A stretch of DNA of 64,000 nucleotides from Octopus sinensis. Lineage: Eukaryota. Positions within the stretch are counted from its first letter, which is position 1. Each line of letters starts with the position of its first letter. The notes under the pieces are model-generated. The model was not told where the DNA came from and ran no database searches. It was given only the letters and a program-made list of their open reading frames with translations. This document shows positions 25,006 through 37,782 of the stretch, piece after piece. Where the stretch lies: contig NC_043012.1 in the NCBI RefSeq assembly GCF_006345805.1, positions 26,412,001-26,476,000 of the forward strand, written 5' to 3'. A program made the position numbers and the translations under genes.

Positions 25006-25423
25006 CGTATATGTATATATATATATACACTATAGTGTGTATATATATATGTATATATATATATATATATTCATGCATACATACGGACACACACATATAC
25101 ATATAGACACACAATGGACATATGGGTTGCATGACATAAATGTTAGGGGAAAAAAATGCAGAGCAAAAATAAACAACTGAAAACAAACGCACCGCCATTT
25201 TCGAAACAAACTTCATAATTATCATTGGTCAAGCTGCATGGATTAATATGGCGGTGGACTGAGGTGAGGGGGTGGTGGGTAGGAGGAGAGCAGAGTAGTT
25301 TTCATATTTTCATTTTACTTCGGTGACATTCAGCCGCCATGCTGAAATGTATTTCATATAGTATATAATTGTATATATATATATATGTATATATAATAAT
25401 ATAGGTATTATATTATATATATA

Positions 25424-25457
<34 letters not shown>

Positions 25458-25486
25458 CTATATATATATATATATATATACATATA

Positions 25487-25545
<59 letters not shown>

Positions 25546-25902
25546 CATACATACCTATGTATATGTATATATACATATACATGCATATATATACATATAT
25601 TATACATTTACATACATACCCATATATACATGTATATATACATATATATGTATATATATATATATATATATACATATCTACATACCTATATATATGCATA
25701 TGCGTATATACACACATATTATATATATATATACATATCTACATACCTATATATATGCATATGCGTATATACACACATATTATATATATATATACGTAAA
25801 TGTATATATCCATATAATTTACATATACATATATAGATATAAATTTCCCTATACGTAAATACATATTTATATATATATAATATATATAGCATGTACTATA
25901 TT

Positions 25903-25985
<83 letters not shown>

Positions 25986-27759
25986 TATTATATATATATA
26001 TATATATACAGATTTATATATATGTATAGACAAATATGTGGGTAGATAGATACATAGATAGATAGATAGATAGATAGATAGAAATATATATTTATATATG
26101 CATCATTTTATAATAAAGAAACTTGTCTACACTGTTTCACTTCACATTCATGTATTCAATGAGATGATGAACGTAAAGACCAGATAATCAAACGGCATTC
26201 CATAATAAATTCACACGCGCTTCCACACGTTCATACACGTAAATGTATAGACACAGCCATACGCTTGCATGCACAACCGCCCATCCAATACTTCTCTCAG
26301 CACACACACACGCACGCACACGGTTCGTGTATGTACGTGTGTGTCCTACGCTGATAGATATCCACAAACACATACAGAGACACACGTATAAAATTCACAC
26401 ACACATACTCATACTTCTAAATGAGACAGACAGGCACACACACACACACATGCAGTAACATTCAACTTTTTGTCAGAAGCCATTTTCTTCAGAAGACTTC
26501 ACTCATTAACTGCGCTTCAACCGATTTCTTTCCTTTGGTTAAAGAAAGGAAAAGAAAATAGCATAAGATGAATAAATAAATACAGCACAAAAGTTACCAA
26601 AAAGTCAAAAAAACCCCAAAAAGAAATACGTAAAAAGCAAAATAAACCATAGAAAAAGACATCGGAGGTTAATACAGTAAAGCACCACACAACTCAGGAT
26701 ATACATACATACATATACATACTTATATAAATTGATATATATATATACATATACGTATACATATATATATATATGTATATATAAAATATATATTCATGTA
26801 TGTGTGTATAGATGTATCTACTTATATATATGTATATATATATATATGTATATAATATATATATTATATATATACGTCTATGCAAACTAGTGTGCGTATA
26901 TATGTGTATAAACACCACACATAAATCTTAATTATAATAATATATATATATAATCTATATATATACATACATATACACAAATATATATATTATATTCATA
27001 CATACATACATATATAGGTATATTTATGTATGTATGCATGCATTTATGCATATATATTATACATACATATATACATACATACATACATATACATACATAC
27101 ACACACAAACATACACCCACAATGCATATATATATATATACATATAAATACATATATATATATATTATATATATCTATATATGTATATATATGTATATAT
27201 ACATTCATTCGTTGTAAAAAAATTATACTCTGGTTAGACGGAATGTTTGATTTATTATATATATATATATATATATACACACATGATTGTGCATACACGT
27301 ATTATGGATGTGTATATATGTATATATATATTATATATATATATATATATATTTATGTATATATGTAATATAAATACATACATGTCTCTCTCTCTTATAT
27401 ACATAATACATATATATATATATATATATAGATATATATATATACATATATATATATATACATGGATATCTGTCTATCTGTCTGACAGTCTGTCTGTCTA
27501 TGTATCTGTATGTATGTATGTATGTATGTCTCCATATTACATCCCCAGCCCACATCTCAAGTTGCTATGCCACTTTGAAAGAGATTTTGCAGACGACATC
27601 CTACGAGTAGCTTAGCGAATAAAGACGATGCTGAGTGGCTGATTTCGAAAATGCTTCCATTTTGCCGTTTTTCATTAAATCACCGAAATGGTGAGATTAT
27701 ATTGCGTATATGTTTCTCGTGTGTGATATGTGATATCCGTCCGTCTGTCCGTCCGTCCG

Positions 27760-27834
<75 letters not shown>

Positions 27835-28089
27835 GACGACGACGGCGACGGCTACTCAACGCATACGCGGCGCTTATTTCATTTCGCAAATTTCAGTCCA
27901 GTCGTAAATATAACTACATGACTCTTGCGTTTCAATACATATGTTGTACGCACACACACAAACACACACACACACACGCACACACACACATACTCACTTA
28001 CTCACTCACTCACTCACTCACTCACTCACACACACACACACAGATGCATTTATATAACCACAGACACTCACATATACACACATACATTT

Positions 28090-28650
28090 ATTAATTGGTC
28101 GAGCTTGTTCGGGAATTTTTAACCAGCGCACTCAATCCATCTTGGTCATGTATTAGTTGAGGATGGTCTTCTGGGAGGTATCCAGTGCCCCTGGTGAGTT
28201 GGTCTGTATACGTCGCGTAAAGACGACCTGCTCGAGTACAGTCATGCTTTGGCATTCGTAACAGTAGCTCTCTTGGCAGCTCTTCTTTAGCTCACCGGCA
28301 ATGTCCCGAATATTGCAATCGCCTTTCTCTTATAATGGTGGAAACAAGCAGGAGAATTCCACACAGCTTCTTCTTGGTGGGCTGGGTTCTCCAAGACATG
28401 CTTAACACTGCTCTTAACGTTTGGGTGTAAGTTCCATCTACCTTAAGTTCCAGTGTCTTTGGTAAGCGTCCAAGCTGTTACTCGATATAAAAAGACTGGC
28501 CCTACTACTGCACGGAAAATATCCTCTTAAAGCTATCTGATTTGTAGACAACTTCCAGTTCGTTTAGGGCCGACCATGCTTTGGCTATGATTTATGATTT
28601 AGCTCTGCTCTCTGACACAGTATCAAATCTTATTTCTTTGTAGTCTAGCG
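28090..28650 (-). mobile_element. RTE-clade LINE 3' fragment, decayed
   Basis: Minus-strand translation AKAWSAL..FRAVVGPVFLY..AWTLTK..DGTYTQTLRAVL..RERRLQYSGHC..YTDQLTRGTG fits the post-RT region of RTE elements. Confidence 0.8.
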
Positions 28651-28720
28651 TTAGCTGCACAAGATATTGGACTATTTGTTAATCCCAGTAAAACCAAGTT
28701 CATGCACACGTACTTACGTG

Positions 28721-28775
<55 letters not shown>

Positions 28776-28799
28776 ATCTATATATATATATATATATAG

Positions 28800-28960
28800 T
28801 TAATCCAAACATGAAAACACAAAGAGAAAAAACAACAACGCGAGGGCGTGGAACAAATATAGTATTATTGGACGCTCAGGAAGGAAGGGAAGAAAGAGGG
28901 TTTAACGCTTCGAGCGGAGCTCTTCGTCAGAATCATAGGAAAAGGAAAGATCCAGAGAAA
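28800..28960 (-). mobile_element. Penelope-like tail with hammerhead motif (28900-28934)
   Basis: GATT-CTGACGA-A-GAGC-tcc-GCTC-GAAG-CGTT-AAAC, then a T-rich tail (TTCCTGAGCGTCCAATAATAC) related to the 3940 and 40320 tails, then (TA)n. Confidence 0.65.
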
Positions 28961-29029
28961 GGAAGACGGAGGAAAAAAATCGCCAACGGTACACACGCGA
29001 TCACATTTTGAATATATCTATATATATAT

Positions 29030-29215
29030 AAATTTATAAATGAGGGTGAAAAATTGATATTAATTTAATAATCCCATTAATTTAACACCGAGTGGCTTAG
29101 CACAAAAAACTACGGAGAAAATACAAATTTATACATAAATTATTAGAGAGTTAACCACTATGTGCATAACTCTAGTGCTAAAAATAGCCCCGATAGTACA
29201 GCCACCAGAAAAAAT
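29030..29215. mobile_element. Interspersed repeat related to 40441-40600
   Basis: AGGGTGAAAAA..AACACC(G/A)AGTGGC(T/C)TAGC..AAAAAACT..GAGAG..ACCAC..TGTG..ACTCTA..GCTA(A/G)AAATAG is shared. Confidence 0.7.
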
Positions 29216-29246
29216 ATGCATTTATATGTATATATATATATATATA

Positions 29247-29319
<73 letters not shown>

Positions 29320-29343
29320 TATGTATGAATATCTATCTATCTA

Positions 29344-29386
<43 letters not shown>

Positions 29387-30037
29387 ATATCTATGCATAC
29401 GCAGATGCACGCATGCGCACATATATGTTTCCTAGCAGTAAGGTCAATGGTTAAGAAGTTCGCTTCACATCGCAAGAATATATTCACTTCACAGTAATGT
29501 CTGGTAAGCAATGTTGTAATATTTGCGATCAAACTGGAAATTATGTAATAAATTCAAAAATCTACAGCGAACGTTTAAACTATAGATTGGGTTATACCAT
29601 AAAATCTTTCTTTTACTATTTTTTGTGTTTATAAATATTGACAACGAATTTTGTTATTAAAGCCTCTATTTTTTAATTCATCGTTGTAATAATGTGCAAC
29701 ACAAAAGAAACGGCATCAGATTATATAATGAATATGCATTTTATGATCTTTCGCATAAGATTTGACAATAATTGTGCATGTGCGTGGGTGATCAACACTT
29801 TTATTGATGTAATGCAGTTTGTCATTAGGCTTTCCTTAAGAGCAATAATTGCAACTATTTAAATTTGACTCGACGCCGAGAATGTGACAGCATCAAGATT
29901 AGCTTTGGTTGTAATCTTTAGATTGTAATCTTTCGTTCTAAATAATTCCAATTTATGCTCGTTCATATTATGCTAAATAATTATGCAGTTATCATGGCAC
30001 AAGTCACATGCATGCATACTCACACAGAAATACACTA

Positions 30038-30324
30038 ACCATCCATCCATCCATCCGTCCATCCATCCATCCATCCGTCCATCCATCCATCCATCCATCC
30101 ATCTATTCATTCATCCATCAATCCATCCAAACCATCCGTCCATCCATCCATCCATCCGTCCATCCATCCATCCATCCATCCATCCATCCATCCATCCATC
30201 CATCCATCCATCCATCCATCCATCCATTCATTCATCCATCAATCCATCCAAACCATCCATCCATCCATCCATCCATCCATCCATCCATCTATTCATTCAT
30301 CCATCAATCCATCCAAACCATCCG

Positions 30325-30357
<33 letters not shown>

Positions 30358-30560
30358 CCATCCATCCATCCATCCATCCATCCATCCATCTATTCATTCA
30401 TCCATCAATCCATCCAAACCATCCATCCATCCATCCATCCATCCATCCATCCATCAATCCATCCAAACCATCCGTCTATCCATCCATCCATCCATCCATC
30501 CATCTATTCGTTCATCCATCAATCCATCCAAACCAACCAACCAACCAACCAATCATAAAC
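30038..30560. repeat. (ATCC)n with higher-order unit
   Basis: CCATCTATTCATTCATCCATCAATCCATCCAAACCATCC recurs about 5-6 times. Confidence 0.9.
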
Positions 30561-30734
30561 CCATACACCCATCCACCACCCACATATCCCTCCATCCATC
30601 CTCATATCCCTCCATCCATCCTCATATGTATATGATACATCTGTGTCCCTTCGTTGCGGATTTTGTTTCGTTACCCTTAAGTATTATCTTAGGGATTCGT
30701 ATGTTTGCTGTGAAAAATAAGCAAATAAATAAAA

Positions 30735-30795
<61 letters not shown>

Positions 30796-31656
30796 AGTGT
30801 GTGTAGTGTTGTAAACCTCGAAATACTGCCTTTATGTCGTCTTTTCATATTCTTCGTTATCACACAACTGACCCAATTATTATTGGAATTGTTTATATTT
30901 TTATACATTATATTTTGCTTATTTTCATTCCGGTTGCCTTCCGCTTTGGTAACACTGTGAGAAAATGTTGATTTTGTTTTGTCCTTGGTTACTAAGTGTT
31001 ATTTCTTATTTTCCTTCTATCTTGAAATCAAAGGAAATCACTACTATTCCCTTCCAACTTTGCTTACGTGACCTGGAGGTCAATGTTTTGACACTGACCT
31101 ATTTTCCATTGCATTTTATATAGATTCAGCGCTGAGTGGCTGAAGCAGAAATATCGTTATAGCAAATATTCTGCTCAATACCACAAATTTGCTTGTCAGT
31201 TGCTTGACCTTAACCAGTTGAACATGTCCCTTGGTGGTTGACGATATATACATCGCTAATCACGAGCTGGAGTAGTGGGGTAGCATCATAGCCACGTGTT
31301 GAGAGAGAGAGATTCTTTGGGGTTTGAATAAATGTAACAAAAGCAAAGTTTGAAGGAAATATTAGCCAATTTTCATAGTTTCTAGGGGTAAACAAATAGG
31401 AAAAAATAACAGTTGTTTCCCGAATGACAAAATTTGTCTCACACACTGTTATTTTTCTGTCAAATTTTGTAACTTATTTATTTCGTAAGAGCAGATACAG
31501 GAACAAGGATCAAATAGCCGTAAACTGCGAATTTCTATCTCGCCGTAGCGGAAGAACAACCAACAGCAGAACGTATGAGGAGGGGTAACAACATCAACCG
31601 TGATCCTGTAGCGATGGAATCAATTGCGGGTCTCCGTTTATTTTAAGTGCGATGTA

Positions 31657-31848
31657 CAGCAATCCCTTGTTATATCGCGGCCCACCTTTCGCGGTTCACC
31701 TATCACGGTTTATTATTTAAGCTCACAGTTTATTATATACAAATTATAAAAATAATTAAAAAAATATACTGTACAGTACTGTTTCTACTTCACAAATTTT
31801 CACCTATCGCGGGGTGTCTTGGAACGTAAGACCCGCGAGGGATTACTG
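31657..31848. mobile_element. Tigger/pogo-like MITE
   Basis: TA|CAGCAATCCCTTG ... CGAGGGATTACTG|CA: 13-bp terminal inverted repeats with a TA-type target duplication (one copy mutated). Confidence 0.75.
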
Positions 31849-31908
31849 CATATATATATATATATATACCGGACAAGTTCCCATAAAACACATGCATGCC
31901 ATTTGACT

Positions 31909-32160
31909 GTGGAGGCGCGTGTCTTTGTGGTTAAGGTGTTGGACTCATGGAAGTAAGATTGTGGTTTCGATTCCTGGACCGGGTGACGCGTTGCGTTCTT
32001 GAGCAAAACACTTCATTTCACGTTACTCCAGTCCACTCCGCTGGCAAAAAATGAGTAATCCTGCGACGGACCGGTGTCCCGTCCAAGCGGGGAATTTATA
32101 CGCCATGAAACCGGGAAACCGGCCCATAAGAGCTTGGCATAGCTCAAGAGGGAAATTCTT
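31909..32160 (+). mobile_element. tRNA-derived SINE family 4
   Basis: GTGGAGGCGC start, B-box GGTTTCGATTCC 31963-31974, central CCTGCGACGGACCGGTGTCCCGTCCA. Confidence 0.75.
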
Positions 32161-32403
32161 TCTTCTTCTTTCTTCTTATGCCATGTGACTGGGGTTTTTA
32201 AATCATTTAAAGAAATGTACAACATTTGTTGTATTTTCAGTAGGAGTTCAATACACAACACTTTCAATTTCTTTCCGTGCGACGTTTCGAGGCAGAAAGG
32301 ACCGAAACACCTACCTGTATATAACAAGAAAAAGCTTCTTTGTATAATTAGTCTTTTTCTAAGGCGGTTAGACGGCAGAATTGTTACCGCGACGAAATGC
32401 TTT

Positions 32404-33190
32404 TAAGGCGGCGAGCTGGCAGAATCGTTAACACGCCGGGCGAAATGCTTAGCGGTATTTCGTTTGCCGTTACGTTCTGAGTTCAGATTCCGCCGAGGAC
32501 TTTGCCTTTCATCTTTCGGGGTCGATAAATTAAGTACCAGTTATGCACTGGGGTCGATATAATCGACTTAATCCGTTTGTCTGTTCTTGTTTGTCCCCTC
32601 TGTGTTTAGCCCCTTGTGGGTAGTAAAGAAATAGGTATTTCGTCTGCCGTTACGTTCTGAGTTCAGATTCCGCCGAGGTCGACTTTGCCTTTCATTCTTT
32701 TGGGGTCAATAAATTAAGTACCAGTTACGCACTGGGGTCGATGCAATCGACTTAATCCGTTTGTCTGTCCTTGTTTGTCCCCTCTGTGGGCAATAAACAA
32801 ATAAAAACGTTACCGCGCCGGACATAATGCATTGCAGCATTTCTTCTGTCTTTGTACTCTGAGTTTAAATGCTGCCGAGGTCGACTTTGTCTTTCATTCT
32901 TAAGAGATCGATAAAATAAGTATCAGTTGAGCATTGGAGTCGACAAAAATTGTTGTGCTTATAGTAGAAAGAATTTTTATTCTCAGTTCCAAGCGATAAG
33001 CTTGCAAAATCGTTACCTCACGGACAAAATGCTTATCTGCATTTCTTCCGCTCTTTACGCTCTGAGTTCAAATGCTGCTGAGGTTAATCAATGTCTTTAA
33101 CCGTTTTGGGATCGATAAAATAAGTATGAGTTGAGCACTGGGACAGATGTAATCGACTTCCTGCGTTCAAAATTGCTGGCCTTGTGCCCA
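32404..33190 (+). mobile_element. SINE family 2 cluster (long-tail dimer plus two diverged copies)
   Basis: Full head at 32404, second unit from 32633, further copies near 32810 and 33010. Confidence 0.88.
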
Positions 33191-33254
33191 AATTAGAAAG
33201 TCCCTTCTTTATCATTTTATAGTTTTCTGTTATGGTTTCGTTGATCGGGAATTA

Positions 33255-34260
33255 ATCTTTACAAACACATGACTTTGAAGCATCTCTTCACCTCCTCTGA
33301 AAACAATTTTTTTTTTACTAAACATGTATCTAATCTCTGCGATATTATTGCAGTTAAAACTTTGTAAAACTCAGAAAGGTACGTGATAGACCTGTAAATT
33401 TCCAACCAGTGAACTAATCGGATCTTGTTTCCGGTTCGTTCAGCAGTGATGGCCACATCTCTGTTGCTCCAACAGACAAGGGATTAACCAGCAAATTGTT
33501 ATGGAGCAAGTGACAGGAATTAAACTAGAAACTAGGGAGCAGACGAGAAGCAATGGTTTTGGTTACCATTGCCGACCCAGAAAGAGGAAGATGTTACATT
33601 TTAGGGTAGAAACACCCAATGATCGTTGGATACCGTTTGATAACATCGATACATCCAGGTCAAAGCTACATATATCAAAGGTGAATGAAGAAGAGGCATC
33701 TTGTAGATGTTATCAATATCAACCACATTTATTTTCTTTTTACAGCAGCCTTCTATTGTGATTTCGTAGATCAGCAATTTATCTTCACAGCATCTACCCA
33801 ACTTTTCTGAAAACAATATCTTGTTTTCTTACAAAGCATTTATTTATCCTCCGTGATATTATTGCACTTAACGCTATCTAATCTATAGGAAGGCACGTTA
33901 TAGACCTATAGTTTTCCAATCAGAGAGCCAATCAAATATTATTTCCGGTTCGTTCAGAATATTATTACATATTTTTGCTACAATCTTAAATGTACATGTT
34001 AAATATTTCAGCTAGAAATTTGGGATTTTATAATTTCCTGCTGACTTTCATGTTTTCCTTTTGAAGTGCCAGACCAAATTGTTGTGTTGATAGGTTCCCC
34101 AATCCTTCCCACTACTGTTAAGATGCGAGGTCTGTTGTTTTAAAAGATCGCGTCCGTGGTGATTCATTTGTTCTCTACGCTTCTTTCAAGAATTCTTCAT
34201 GTTTCATGCTGTTGATGCTGCAATCGTTCCTCCCCTTCCTCCTCTTCCTAGGCAAAATTT
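33255..34260 (-). mobile_element. Heavily decayed R4/Dong-type RT fragments
   Basis: YRSITYLSEFYKVLTAIISQRL..LFSEEVKRC corresponds to YRPITCLPTMYK..LFPEEQKGC; this segment is present twice. Confidence 0.65.
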
Positions 34261-34278
34261 CAAAGTATGAGAAAGAGA

Positions 34279-34313
<35 letters not shown>

Positions 34314-34334
34314 ATATATTCTTTTAATCTTTTG

Positions 34335-34655
34335 TTCTGTTATTTGTTTCAGTCATTTGACTGCGGTCATGCTGGAGCACCGCCTTTAGTCGAGCAAATC
34401 GACCCCAGCACTTATTCTTTGTAAGCCTAGTACTTATTCTATCGGTCTTTCTTGCCGAAGCGCTAAGTTACGGGGATGTAAACACACCAACATCGGTTGT
34501 CAAGCGATGTTGGGTGGGGACAAACACAGACGCACAAGCATATACATACACACACACACATATATATATACGACGGGCTTCTTTCAGTTTCCGTCTACCA
34601 AATCCACTCACAAGGATTTGGTCGGCCCGAGGCTATAGTAGAAGACACTTGCCCA
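34335..34655 (-). mobile_element. SINE family 1, head truncated
   Basis: 3' module, (CA/TA)n and head up to GACACTTGCCCA. Confidence 0.88.
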
Positions 34656-35309
34656 TGTAGGAGCACCGCCACTAGTCGATCAAATCGACCCCAGGACTCA
34701 GCTGGGGTGCAATCGACCCCAGGACTCAGTTGGGGTGCAATTTTGCAGTATTTTAGTCGAGTGAATGGAACCCAGTACTTCGACTTGAAGCTTAGTACTT
34801 ATTCTAGGAGTACTTTTGCCGTACCGCTAAGTTATAAACCAACTCTGTTTTTTTCCTCCCTTCCATTAGCTGTATATCGTGGGTTATGGCCTAACTTATT
34901 TATACAACATAACACTCGAATTTCCAAGGACGTGATATAAATGGATTTTAGCTGCGGCTTCTCGTAAGTCGGGCGACCAGGTACAGGCACTTACATTGGC
35001 TGATAATAAAGTGCCAGTCTAGGATTGGGATCGATTTAATCGATGTTTTTACCTTTCTCCAAAATGTCTGACCTTTTGTCTTCGTCAGAAATCAACGTCA
35101 ATATTAATATATTTCTATTTAAACTCCCGGCTCTCCCATGTTCGATTATCTCCATGAAATGATAGATCGATATCTAATGAGGTTACATGTGAGGTCGTAT
35201 ATATACATGGTTTTTATATATATATATATAGATATATATATATAATATATATATATATTATATATATATATATTATATATATATTAATATATATATATAT
35301 ATATGTATG

Positions 35310-35372
<63 letters not shown>

Positions 35373-35432
35373 ATATATATATATTATATATATATTATAT
35401 ATATATATATACATATATAATTATAAATCTAT

Positions 35433-35464
<32 letters not shown>

Positions 35465-35509
35465 ATATATATATGTATATATGTGTATATATGTATGTAT
35501 ACATGTATG

Positions 35510-35540
<31 letters not shown>

Positions 35541-35629
35541 CTTTACATATATATATATACATACATACACACACACACATATATATATATGCATATGTAT
35601 GTATGTATGTATGTATTTATGTATGTGTG

Positions 35630-35683
<54 letters not shown>

Positions 35684-35836
35684 TTATATATGTATGTATA
35701 TATCATGCATGGCTACATATATTTGCCTATTTTGATATACATATATATGTGTGAGTGTATATGTGTGTTGTGATATATTTATATAGATATTAAAGTCTAT
35801 ATGTTATATATGCATAAGTACATACAAATAAACATT

Positions 35837-35877
<41 letters not shown>

Positions 35878-36232
35878 ATGGTTATGCGTTACACAATCAC
35901 ACACGTATATGTGATTACGAGACAATGTAACATGGTCACACATACAGCAATTCATGCAATCGGCATAAACACTTGTGATACGAATCTACTTACGTCAGCA
36001 TGGGAGTTACTTACGTCGTTTCGAATGGGGCTGTGTATGTGGTTTCGCATATACGGGTTTGGTTTTTTTTTCTATATTCGCAACAACACATGGGTGGAAC
36101 AATAACATAGTTTTCTCTGTAACAGGTGATCTGATCGATGTGCATCTGTCATGACACTTCCGATTAACTAATTCATCTTTGTTTCATGCCATCTATTTAT
36201 TTTTGTATGTAGTCACCTCCTGATCTGTCTGT

Positions 36233-36288
<56 letters not shown>

Positions 36289-36372
36289 AAGTCTGTGTAT
36301 CTGCCTATGTATGTATGTATGTATGTATGTATGTATGTATGTATGTATGTATGTATGTATGATGTATGTATG

Positions 36373-36429
<57 letters not shown>

Positions 36430-36494
36430 GTCTCTGTCTCTCTCTCTGTCTCTCTGTCTGTCTTTCTCTCTCTCTCTATCTATCTATCTACCTC

Positions 36495-37480
36495 GGTCTC
36501 TGGTAGATGAACGGGGGGGGGGGGCGAATTACTCGAGCCAAGTAAAATGTGTGAGGACTAGTGGAGGGGAAGTGCGACGACGTTCTCGGACAGAATCTGG
36601 GCGTCAACGAAGAACACCTGACCCGCCTGTTCAGGATCACTTTCGGGCCGGGACCTATGGACAATCACCAAAGATCCTTGGCCTGGCAATGCTATCAAGA
36701 AGCATTACCTGTTCGGGATAAGCTCTACAGGCACGGTTCGAGACACACTTGACCGACTTGCCCGAGATGCGGTCAGAGCGATGAAACCGTTCTGCACGCA
36801 CTCGTGCAGTGTCCAACCATTTCAAACCTGTGGGCTTATGCTGAACGGCTGCTGTCACGTGTGGGACGAGTCCGCCTGTCGGCCGAGTCTATTGTGAAAT
36901 TTACTCCGCCCCCTTCCCTCAACCGGGAAGGCAAGGCAGTTTTCATCGTACTGGTGACCATGGTGAAAGAATGTGTGCGGTGGACCCGAGCGAAAGGATT
37001 AGAGACAAACACTTACCTCTCTGGCCAATCGCTCATCAACTTTTTCAAGTCCCACTTGAAAAGGAAGGTGAGAATGGTGAGGCAGGTTTCAATAAAAGGT
37101 GGGTGAATGTAGCAAAGGTGGCGCGTGCGAGTGATGAAACCACTTTGAGCATGATCCTGTAAATCGAAAAAAGAGATAAAGAGAGAGATCACTTTGTACT
37201 CATGTGTTTATTTCCTCTCTGACTGAGATTACCGTGGTCTTTTCTGTAGGTTTTTCTTCCCACGGATGAACCTAATCTTGTTTCTTACTGTTAAAAACAT
37301 TTTTTTGTTTCAGTAATACACGATCCCTTTTGATCGCTTTTTTTTCCCGATCCCTTTTGATCGGAATTTTACATTTGTTTCCTGTTTTGTTTCCTTTTTC
37401 TTTTTCCATCTTCAAAAAGAAAAGCTCTACATTTGTATTTGTCCCCTCTGTATTTCAGCCCTGTGTGGCCAATAAAGAAA
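36495..37480 (+). mobile_element. Tx1/L1-type LINE 3' fragment, copy 1
   Basis: PGPMDNHQRSLAWQCY.EALPVRDKLYRHG..CPRCGQSDETVLHALVQC (zf-RVT/CCHC); 3' UTR ends CAGCCCTGTGTGGCCAATAAAGAAA; (TATC)n on both sides; 5' boundary approximate. Confidence 0.85.
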
Positions 37481-37520
37481 GTTATCTGTCTGTATGTCTG
37501 TCTACTTGACTATGTATGTT

Positions 37521-37624
<104 letters not shown>

Positions 37625-37654
37625 CCTACCTTCGTACTTACCTTCTTATCTATC

Positions 37655-37749
<95 letters not shown>

Positions 37750-37782
37750 TTATCCATTTGCTTACCTATCCATCTATCTATC

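Noticed and set aside
27590-27612. DFADDI, an RT-like motif at the end of an ORF
   Set aside because: No flanking RT motifs; likely chance
29700-30000. Cluster of TAAT/TGACAG/ATGCTAAAT homeodomain- and POU-like words
   Set aside because: Expected frequently in AT-rich DNA; no independent support
35058-35092. Minus-strand CTGACGA-A-GAC-aaaag-GTC-AGAC
   Set aside because: Core and helix II fit a hammerhead, but GAAA and helices I and III are lost; possibly a fifth decayed copy, not supportable alone
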